Assembly: GCA_964019335.1 (NCBI GenBank)
Contig: OZ025685.1
Span: 517,589-581,588, forward strand
DNA from: Diplonema japonicum
Taxonomy: Eukaryota > Protista > Euglenozoa: Diplonemea
Direction of reading: 5' to 3'
DNA length: 64,000 bases
Shown: positions 1-8,794 of the stretch, piece by piece
Layout: every line of letters starts with the position of its first letter
Numbering within the stretch: the first letter of the stretch is position 1
The notes under the pieces: model-generated
What the model was told of the DNA's origin: nothing
The model's database searches: none
The model's input: only the letters and a program-made list of their open reading frames with translations
Made by a program: the position numbers and the translations under genes

Positions 1-1734
1 GCAGAGTTACAGCCACCTAGGCACAAACAGACATCTAAAAACAAGGATGATATATACTTTTATTGACTCCGTTTAGCTTCGACGAAAAAAAGAAAAAGGT
101 GCCCATTCGTGGACTAGAGGTCCACCGCATCGCCCGCTACAGCATGAAAAAGTCACCGGTTTTTTTTTTTTTTTTTTTCTTCTTTTTTTTTTTCTTTTTA
201 GTGTGGCACCGTCCGGCTAAAAAAAAGGGGGGGGTGAAAAGTGAGGAGAATCGCTGGTTTGATTTTTTTTTTTGTTACAAATATTTATCTTTCAAAAAAA
301 AAAAATGATTTTATAACTATATGCAACTTGTGCCGAGCAAATTTGAAGCGAACAACAAAGACATATAGTCATAAAGAATTATTATTTTTTTTGTTCTTCC
401 CCTCTGTCAGAAGTTGGGCATTTCAGCATACAAAAAAAGGGGTGACAGGCTCAGGTTTTTTCTTGTCTTCTTTTTTCTTATGACCTCAAGCGATGGTTCT
501 GACTCGAGATACAATCTTCATAAAAGATTAGAAAAAGAGGGAGGAAGAATAAAAAAAGGGGGAGATTGTCTTTACGAAATACCATGAGGGGAAAGGGGGG
601 GGGGGGGGGGGGTTTACTTTGACCATTCAAGAAATAAGGGAGAAAAAAGAGGAGAATAGAAAGTTTTTTCTTGTTTAGCTTTTTTCAAAAAGAAAGAAAA
701 AAAAAGAACAAGGTGGGGAGGAAGAAAGGTATGGTACGGATTTAAAAAAGAAAAAAACTTCAAAAATATTTATTTTAAAAAGGAAGCTTTTCAGGGGAGG
801 GGGTAGGGGAAGAACGATAAAAAAGAAACAGAACAAGAGAGAAGGAGGAGTGAGAAAGTAGGGAAACATGTATTCCCCTTCCTCTCCTTGCTGAACTCTT
901 TGTTGATAAATTATACAAAAAAAAAAAAAAAAGAAAAAAAAAAACATGGGGAAAGGGGTGCTATGTTGATAAGAAAATAGGAAAATGGCTCCAAAAACAA
1001 GCTTTGTAACACGTGTTTTTGCCAACATAGCCCTTGTGGGGGGGGGGGGGGGGGTTCTAAACTGGTTATTTATCTTTGTCAAACAACGAAGGGGTCGTCT
1101 GCTCCTTCATTTCTTTTTCCCTTTCCTTCCCTCTGCAGTTTCCTGATCTTTTAAGATAAAAATTTTTTTTAAAGAAAAAAAAAACAGGAACTATCAAGAA
1201 GTTATTCTCTGTTTCTTTTTCTTTTTCTTTTTTTCTTTTTTTTTTTTTTTGCCATCACTCCCTTTCCTCCCCCAATGTCCTTATGAAGGTGTATATATTT
1301 ATATATATATTTTCTTTTCCCCCCTTGCTCCCCCAGTGCACGGTTTAAGAGTGGGGCTGAGAAAAAGGCTCACTTGCTTGAGGCCGTATGCGTATGACTA
1401 ATGGGGAGGAGTCCTTCTAGGGCACTCTTAAGTACCTTGCGCCTTACGTAACCCCTGTATCAGTTCACGGGAAAGGTGGTTAGTGCTCCAGGATGACATG
1501 ACAGGGAGATTCTTTTTTTCTTTTTTTTTTTTTTTTTTTCGGTTTGATGATGCCTCCCCTTGTGTGTGAAAGTGTGCCGTTCTCTCCTTCCTCTTCCAAC
1601 CCCCTCCCCAGGCATAACTTTGTGCAGATTTTCTTTGCAAATCTTCGTCTGGCGAATCTGACAACAACAAAAAAGAATGTTTCCTGCCGAACCTTAACAA
1701 GAAGAGAAGAAAAAAAAAAAGAAATTGCAAAATG

Positions 1735-2563
1735 TTTTATTTATCTTTTTGCCCCCCTCCCTAGTGTTTTTGGCTGGGGACCCCATAAATAAAGTAGACT
1801 TTATTTCCCGGCGGGGTCGTGGTGGCTGAACCTAAGAGAACATGTAAAGAACGAGCGTTTCTTCGTCCAAATAAGAGATGACAAGCCAACTGAAGCAGTG
1901 CTTGGGAAGACCGTCCTCTATGAGTTAGGTAAGATTGTTGCATGTGAGTTGATGCTCCCCAACGTTAACTCGTTAACGGGCCATACGTTTAAGCGCTCTT
2001 GAGGAACACGTCAGTGTCGACGGTGGAGCTGGCACTGGATTTCGAGAACGTGACTGGGAAGACCCTTGGAGGGAAGCTGGGGGATCTCGCAGAAGTACAG
2101 CAGAAAGCGAGGAGATTGCATGGACTGATGAAGAAGATCTGGCACACATGGGAGCTAGGGAGGGTACTGAAGAAGGTAAGATGGTGAAAGGAAGGAGGGC
2201 CTTCCCAGTTGAGCCGTGCACAAGGGTGCACACTACGATCCATCGGGAGGACAAAGGCGGTGATCGGATGGAACAGGAGGGCGATATTTACATCACCGAA
2301 GACCAAGCATGACCTAGAGGCGTTGAAAGGACAATGGGCAAGAGAACGAAGAGAAAGAACGGCCAGGCTGGGGAGAAGGCCGGCAAGACCACCAAAGGAG
2401 GAGAAACCGCTGCTGAAAGGGGATAGGTGCAGGTAGAGCATGAGAACAAGGGGGCGTCTCACAAAGACTTCCTTTAACTCATATATTTATTTTTTAGCAT
2501 GCCAAATATAAAACGTCCCCAGCCAAAAAACACTAGGTCGGAGGGCAAAAACGATAAATAAAA
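1735..2563. repeat. ~47-bp imperfect inverted repeat pair (1735-1781 / 2515-2563) bracketing a retroelement-like fragment
   Basis: TTTTATTTATCTTTTTGCCCCCCTCCCTAGTGTTTTTGGCTGGGGAC is nearly the reverse complement of GTCCCCAGCCAAAAAACACTAGGTCGGAGGGCAAAAACGATAAATAAAA. Confidence 0.8.
1985..2483 (+). mobile_element. Degenerate 3' fragment of a probable non-LTR retrotransposon
   Basis: Purine-rich coding-like island in low-complexity DNA. ORF pieces 1999-2187 and 2209-2436 share one frame and are separated by a single TGA. The motif 'STVELALDFENVTG' resembles C-terminal regions of some protist LINEs (recollection, not searched). The last ~85 bp recur at 45269-45357. Confidence 0.5.
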
Positions 2564-2580
2564 TCACAGATTCTTCTATT

Positions 2581-2715
2581 AAAGTGGACTTTATTTTTCC
2601 CTTGGCCTCATTTTCTGTCCCTTGGGGTCATGATTTTCCCTCGCTACGCTCGGGGAAAATCAAACCCCCGCGGGAAGAAAAAACGCCCGCGGGAAATAAA
2701 CCCGCAATCCACTTT
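2581..2715. repeat. ~135-bp imperfect palindrome centred on TCGCTACGCTC (MITE-like hairpin)
   Basis: Nested arms AAAGTGGA/TCCACTTT, TTTATTTTTCCC/GGGAAATAAA and GATTTTCCC/GGGAAAATC. Confidence 0.7.
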
Positions 2716-4176
2716 ATTTTTACCAAAATCAATAGTTATTATTTGAATGTGTTTTTTTTTTATATCTTCTTGTTTTTTGCAGGGGGGGTTCTCGTTCGAC
2801 GAAAAAAAAAAAAAAAAAAAAAAAGAAACACAGCCATGCCTAGGGGGTGGGACAGAGGGGGGGGGGAAAAAAGAAAGAAAGCAAAAAAAAAAAGAAGTGG
2901 GGGGGAAGAGGAATTGTAAAGCTCAATGGTTTTTTTCTTCTTCTTCTGCGGTCTAGCCTCCCCCTCTTAGTGATCACAGGAGACCTTATTAGGCCCCCTT
3001 CGCCCATTCCGTACACGTGAACTTCAAAAAAAAAAAAAGAAAAAAAAAAGAAAACTACCCTTTTCTCCTACAAGTAAGGAAATGAAATTAAAAAGGAAAA
3101 GGGTGTGATAATGTTACATTGTAACACCTTCCTCCCCCCACTCCCCAACCTGCTTCTAACCCCTTTTACTTCAATCCAATGCCTGACTTTCGTGTAGAAG
3201 CAAAAAGAAAAAAAGAAAAAAAAAGCAGGAAAAATAAAACATCATTCTCTTTTTTTTTTTTTTGGACAAATGAGGTGTAACATCTTGTGGGTCCCCCCCC
3301 TTATTTTCCTTTCCGTTTTGTCGGTAACCAAGGGTACTAATCCAGAAAAGATAGAAAACAGCAAAATAGAACGAAAAAAAAAAAGAAAAAAAAAAGAGGA
3401 AAGGAATAAAAGAAAATAGTAAAAAAGGGGGTGGAGGGAGGAGATGGGTGGGGTTTTTTTTTTTTTTTTTCTTGCAGCCGTTAAAGGAGGTGGACATCAG
3501 GAGGAGGGCGTCACTGTTTTGATAAGCTTCACGACAAACAGAGAGGGGGGGGGGGGGGGGAGATAAATTTATGCGTCCGCGGAAAGTCCTTTTGGCCCCT
3601 ATCAAATCCACATAGCGTACCCCCCCCCCCCCCCCCCCCCCTGGCCGGTGCCCCTCCACCTGGCTGCATAAAGGCAAAAAAGAAAAAAAGAAAGTGTGAG
3701 GGAAGAGAAACAGCGATCCCCCCCGCCCCCGTTTTGTAGAGAGAAAAAAAAAACCCCCCCCATTATTCGAAACTACATTTAGTCCCAACAGGTATTATTA
3801 TTATTTTTTTTTTTTTTTTTTCCTCCTTCGGGCCACATTGTGTGTTTCTGAGTCAAGGTTTTACTGACCATGGTTTTATCCTATCAGGCGTAAGGTGCAA
3901 GATGTCGGTGTGGGTATTCACATATGTTCGTCGTCAGGGCACTTACTACTGTTGTTTCTGGATGAATACCCCCCCCCCCCCCCCACACACACACACACAC
4001 ACACACGTAAGTTCTTACCTTGCCGTCTTTTTTCTTTTGGTGCCGCGGTGTCGGAAGAAGAAGAAGAAGAAAAAAAGAAACCCTCATTCTTTTCCCTCCT
4101 CCTCTCAACTCTTATTTCTTTTCTCTTGATTTGGTTCTTTCTTTCTTCTTTTTTTTTTTTTTTTTTTTTCCCCATA

Positions 4177-4216
4177 CATGGTCGCGTTTTCCCAAGGGTC
4201 TTTTTTGGTCGTTTTT

Positions 4217-4247
<31 letters not shown>

Positions 4248-4646
4248 TTTTTTTTTTTTTTTGCGGGCCGTTGCTAACCACTTCGTTCCTATCATGGTGA
4301 ATTTTTCTTTTTAAAATTCAGTTTTTCTTCTTCTGGCAGCTTCCTGAACTTTGCTCAAAAAACCTGAATTGTTTGCTCAGACAACTCCAAAAAGTGCCAT
4401 TTCGATAGTCAAACGAGGCCAGTAGGATCAAGAAGGGCGCACCTAAAAAACCATGAAAAAAGTACAGAAAGTGGTAAAAACAATAATACTAAAGCGCCCA
4501 CAAGCCCCTATTCTACTTGCAAACAAAGCTCAGAGGTCTTATATAGACACATAAGCGACGGACGGCTTTTTGATAATAATGCAAAAGAAATAGAGATTTT
4601 CTGCCTCGCCAAACGGTTATAAGGCTTTTGGGAAAACGCGACCATA
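4177..4646. mobile_element. MITE-like non-autonomous DNA transposon (~470 bp) with perfect 18-bp TIR and TA flanks
   Basis: ATGGTCGCGTTTTCCCAA (4178-4195) and TTGGGAAAACGCGACCAT (4628-4645) are exact reverse complements. TA lies at 4175-4176 and 4647-4648. No real ORF inside. Confidence 0.75.
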
Positions 4647-4760
4647 TAAATATAATAAAAAAGAGGAATTAAAAAAAAAAAGAATTTATTCGCATCAGAT
4701 ATCTACTATCCCTTTCAGTACAAGAAAGAAAAGAAAAAGGGGGAAAGAAATAAAAATAAA

Positions 4761-5741
4761 ATGGCTCAAGCAATGAGCCCAGTACACGAGACCAAGGTGT
4801 ATGACGCCCTGCGCCCACTGCTGAACGATCTTGAGAGCAAGAATGCTGTGATCAACAGACTCCTGCAAGACATAGAGGAGAAGGGCGGAGAGATTGAAAA
4901 GCTAAAGGTGAAAGCAAAGACCCGAGAGGAAGAGGTAATGGTACAAGTAGGAGATGTAACAGTGCGGGAGATGATGGAGATGCCAAAGGAGGTTCTGGTG
5001 CAGAGGGTAGTGGAGGTCCAGCAGGCCGCCTTCACGAACTATAACATTGCGGAGGAGGCGAAAAGGAGGCTGCGCGAACTATCGACTTCGATCACAAACC
5101 TTTCTGAACGGCAAGGATCGATATCGGTTTTGAAGCAAGCTCTACGGGACCAAAGCGACCGCACCCTCGACTTGCAGACCTCTCTGAAGGCACACCAATC
5201 CAAACACTCTAAGCTACGGACTCTCGCTACCACACAGCAACAGGTCATCAAGAAGCTCGAGACGTCCATCCACACCCACGAAACGAAGACGACGCACCTC
5301 TTCTCCTCCCTCTCCAGACTGCGCGATGTCATCAATGAAGATTGCCATGAAGAAAAATACAACCGTCTTGCGAAAGATGCCGACAGCCTAGCCAAATATA
5401 TAAACATGTTGATTATAGACTGTGAAGATAAGGGGCGGCGGTCAGACTCTGTGGCTGTGCCCGTCCATACTCGTGCCCATGAGCTCGAAGCAGCACAGAC
5501 ACGGATCTCCATAATGGAAGAAGCTGCGCTCGGTCGCGAGCGGCAAGCCGCTCAAGAAATCGCAAGCCTCAAAATGCAGCTGGCCGAGGCCCGTGCCCTT
5601 TCCATGTCCGCAAAGCCGCCCACCCCGACCCCCCTCCCTGCAAAAACAGACCCCTCGCCCAAACGTCGCAGCGCGACGTCCCTTACGACCTCCACTAGGA
5701 AAAAACTTGACCCCATCGTGCCAAGGCATAGATTTGAGTGA
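4761..5741 (+). CDS. Coiled-coil protein (326 aa)
   Basis: Long ORF with ATG and heptad-rich E/K/L/Q composition; first gene of the dense + strand cluster. Confidence 0.85.
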   Translation: MAQAMSPVHETKVYDALRPLLNDLESKNAVINRLLQDIEEKGGEIEKLKVKAKTREEEVMVQVGDVTVREMMEMPKEVLVQRVVEVQQAAFTNYNIAEEAKRRLRELSTSITNLSERQGSISVLKQALRDQSDRTLDLQTSLKAHQSKHSKLRTLATTQQQVIKKLETSIHTHETKTTHLFSSLSRLRDVINEDCHEEKYNRLAKDADSLAKYINMLIIDCEDKGRRSDSVAVPVHTRAHELEAAQTRISIMEEAALGRERQAAQEIASLKMQLAEARALSMSAKPPTPTPLPAKTDPSPKRRSATSLTTSTRKKLDPIVPRHRFE

Positions 5742-5801
5742 TAGCTTTTAAGGATTTGTTTTTCCGTCCCCCCCCTTCTCTGATTTGAAGCGTTCTACAG
5801 A

Positions 5802-6677
5802 ATGGGCTCCACGACGAAGTCTGAAAAAGAAAAATGTAAACTGAAAGCCATTACCTTCCGCAAGAAGGGCACTTCCACCCCTGTGGAGTGGGCCTTCCCC
5901 CCGCTACATGCAGAAGTACCCATCAAGATGACACGGTACAGGCATGAGCATGTTGATGATGGAGATGATGATGAGGTGATCAGGGAGAGTCTTGGAGAAG
6001 TGAAGCAGGAAGAAGACAGGATGGTGATGAAGAATCGTGGGGTGGATCCTTGCTCGTTGCCACCACGGCTTGCATGCCAGCTGGAGCTGCCGAGGATACC
6101 GACTCGTCCCAGTGTGCCGAACAAAAAGGCTAGGCGGCCAAGGCGGAAGAAGGTCGAAGCCTCTAAACACAAAGAGCCACTGAGCCTAACACCACAGCGT
6201 GACGGGGTGTTCATCAAGCTTGACTTTTTGAAAAGTTTGCAGCTAACCGACGAGGACGACACTACAAGCGACGACCTCATCCTCAAGTTCCGCCTCCGCA
6301 AGGTCTACGCCCGCTTGCATCCCTTGAAGAATATCAAGCTGGCATCAGAGTTACCCACCGAGCTCCTCACCTCCTGCAAGCAGGTAGACGGATCATGGGA
6401 GGCAGTCATACACGGAGACGCACCCCTGAGGCCCACCTACCTTTCTTCCCCATCTCTCAAGTTCCATATCCAAAGCAACCCCCTTCCCCGGAGGGGGACT
6501 CATCTTGAGGGACTCGATACACCTAATGACACGCCCAAGGACAGCCCCAGGTCGTCCAGCGGTGACCTGAAAGCCAACATACTCGGGGGCTGCCGCAGGA
6601 TGCAAGATACCGAGATCAATCGCGCCCGTTGCCTCCTCGCAGCCCAGCGTGCTGCCCTTGTCGCCATCCGAAGGTAG
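5802..6677 (+). CDS. Hypothetical protein (291 aa)
   Basis: ORF preceded by a pyrimidine tract and CTACAG|AATG acceptor. Confidence 0.8.
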   Translation: MGSTTKSEKEKCKLKAITFRKKGTSTPVEWAFPPLHAEVPIKMTRYRHEHVDDGDDDEVIRESLGEVKQEEDRMVMKNRGVDPCSLPPRLACQLELPRIPTRPSVPNKKARRPRRKKVEASKHKEPLSLTPQRDGVFIKLDFLKSLQLTDEDDTTSDDLILKFRLRKVYARLHPLKNIKLASELPTELLTSCKQVDGSWEAVIHGDAPLRPTYLSSPSLKFHIQSNPLPRRGTHLEGLDTPNDTPKDSPRSSSGDLKANILGGCRRMQDTEINRARCLLAAQRAALVAIRR

Positions 6678-6758
6678 CTCTTTTACAAGACTGCCCGTGT
6701 GTGCTGTTAGTTGTTTGTTTGTTTGCGATCACAATATGAACACACTACAAGGAGAACA

Positions 6759-7544
6759 ATGCATGCAATGCCCCCCTCACCCCTCTCCATGGCGAGTGTG
6801 GCAAGCACACCACCTATAACTGTGCGCGTGAGCAACTTGGAAGACAGCCCGCTTGTTGAGTGTTACGAAGTGAAGAATGAGGGACAGGACAGGATGCGGC
6901 AGGAGTGTGAGCTAATGCTGCGGACACAACGGGAGAGTATGGCGGTGGTGTTGAGGAGGATGCAGTGTAATGTCTGTAAGGTGATGGAGAAGGCGGTGGT
7001 CGACAGACTACGGAGGGAGTGCTATTGGAAGCTGAGAGTGTGGTCACGGCGGGGGCGGAAAACCGGTGAAGTGAACATGGGCCGCCTCGGACTACACAAC
7101 ATGGGTCCTGAACCCAGCCAGTCAATGGTCCCCTCTGTACGTGAGGGGAGCGTCTCATCCATCTCCACTTATTTCTCTGGCTCAGGGTCGTCGGGCAGCC
7201 TCTCCCCCAGACATATCTCTGACCTGGCACTCAGCATGCCATCACTTCAGTCCCCTCCAAGGATTACTGTCGGCTCCCACTTCGTGACCGACAAAAAAGC
7301 GGCCAACAAGGGAAGATGGAGCCGTCACTACCTCACTATTTGCAATATCTCATCATCAGGACAGGTGTTCTTCTTGCAGCTCAACACCCCCGTCAGCCTG
7401 ACGGCCGTCCAGAACTACATATTAAATGGGCTGCTGTCACCTATCGGGGTCCTCAGTGAAAAGGAGATGGTACGGTGGCACAACAACTGGTGGGACGAGG
7501 AGCTCGGAGCAGAAGATAAAACAGCTAGATATTTAAAACTGTAA
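6759..7544 (+). CDS. Hypothetical protein
   Basis: ORF with first in-frame ATG at 6759; Ser-rich middle. Confidence 0.75.
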   Translation: MHAMPPSPLSMASVASTPPITVRVSNLEDSPLVECYEVKNEGQDRMRQECELMLRTQRESMAVVLRRMQCNVCKVMEKAVVDRLRRECYWKLRVWSRRGRKTGEVNMGRLGLHNMGPEPSQSMVPSVREGSVSSISTYFSGSGSSGSLSPRHISDLALSMPSLQSPPRITVGSHFVTDKKAANKGRWSRHYLTICNISSSGQVFFLQLNTPVSLTAVQNYILNGLLSPIGVLSEKEMVRWHNNWWDEELGAEDKTARYLKL

Positions 7545-7613
7545 CACTAGACTTGTAGACTTTATTTACGCCACATTTCTCTAAAACCCGTTTAGTCCCC
7601 CACCACCACAGGG

Positions 7614-8705
7614 ATGCCCACTCCTCATGAAATCATGGTCGAGCAGCGGCTTGGGAGACTCGAAGCGAAGGTAGACAAGATACTGGAGTACGTGCTGACC
7701 ATGCGGGGCAATGAAGTGGAGACCATGAGGGAAGCGGCGGAGGCTGTGAGGGTGGAGGCAGTTGATATGCAGAAGATGGAGAGTCCTCATAGAAGCCCAA
7801 GGCACAAAAGCCCTGAGAGAAGTCAGCCTGACGAGTGGGTGCGGGAATGGGACGAGCTCCCCTCGCAACCGGAATCAGTGCAAATAGAGACGAAGAGCGC
7901 GAAGCCCATAACATACGAAGAGGCGCTGCACGGAAGCATGTTCGACAGGAGCGACAGGGGACAGAGGGAGACCTCACCTTCTGATATCGTTGAGTCCTAT
8001 AAAGCACGACTCACGGCGCTGACTGCAGCTGCTGAAGAGATGCGAAGGTCGACCATCGCTTCACAGCACTCGCAGACAGCACAACGGACACCTTTGCGGA
8101 GACCGACACGCACCATAACACCCCCTAAGAGAGGCCCCTCTCCAATTGCTATGGCGCTAGTCACAGCAGCTGCAACACCTATCTGGTCAGTGCCAACCAC
8201 ATCGCCTCTCACTGTGAACGGGCACATTGTGGAGTACAGGGATGATGGCATCATCTCAGGCGGTGCAGCAACGTGCAAACTCATCCGCCCCCTTAATGTC
8301 GGCACCTCGACTATCATGTCCTTAAGCAGCATCAGCGGCAAATGTTGCTTCGTCATCTGCAGCGATGCAGATAGCGCCGACGACCTCCTCTTGACGCACT
8401 CAGGACATCACAATGGCGACCCCCTCGATAAGCTTTTCCCTATCTTCAACCCTTCCTGCCAGATTAGCATCACGCGGTCTAACAACTTCGTCACTATTAA
8501 GTCCCTTGACAGCTTCGAGGGCCCCAGGTGGATCTTGAAACGCAGCTCGTCCTTGTGGGTAAAAGTAGAGCTACACCGCTCCGACACCATCAGCTTCAGC
8601 ACCGTACTTGCTGACACCGACCCCCTCCTCTCTCCCGCTGGGGAGCCCCTTTTAGAAGCTTCCTGTGCATTACCCTTATCTCCTCGCAGACGAGCGAGAG
8701 ATTAG
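7614..8705 (+). CDS. Hypothetical protein (363 aa)
   Basis: ORF preceded by CACAG|GGATG; short N-terminal coiled coil, then a beta-rich C-terminal region. Confidence 0.8.
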   Translation: MPTPHEIMVEQRLGRLEAKVDKILEYVLTMRGNEVETMREAAEAVRVEAVDMQKMESPHRSPRHKSPERSQPDEWVREWDELPSQPESVQIETKSAKPITYEEALHGSMFDRSDRGQRETSPSDIVESYKARLTALTAAAEEMRRSTIASQHSQTAQRTPLRRPTRTITPPKRGPSPIAMALVTAAATPIWSVPTTSPLTVNGHIVEYRDDGIISGGAATCKLIRPLNVGTSTIMSLSSISGKCCFVICSDADSADDLLLTHSGHHNGDPLDKLFPIFNPSCQISITRSNNFVTIKSLDSFEGPRWILKRSSSLWVKVELHRSDTISFSTVLADTDPLLSPAGEPLLEASCALPLSPRRRARD

Positions 8706-8794
8706 ATTGTTGTATCCTTTTGTTAAAAGTACTGTTTACTATTCCAGCAGAGATTTGTTTACCGCACCACTCCAGGCACGATGTCGGATGTACG

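Noticed and set aside
63-4314. Many short poly-Phe/poly-Lys/poly-Pro ORFs (also at 16.7-17.9 kb and 45-50 kb)
   Set aside because: They are translations of A/T/C/G homopolymer tracts with no protein-like content.
4459-4470. AAAGTACAGAAA, a 12-nt reverse-complement match to the SL
   Set aside because: Too short in A-rich DNA, and the flanks do not extend the match.
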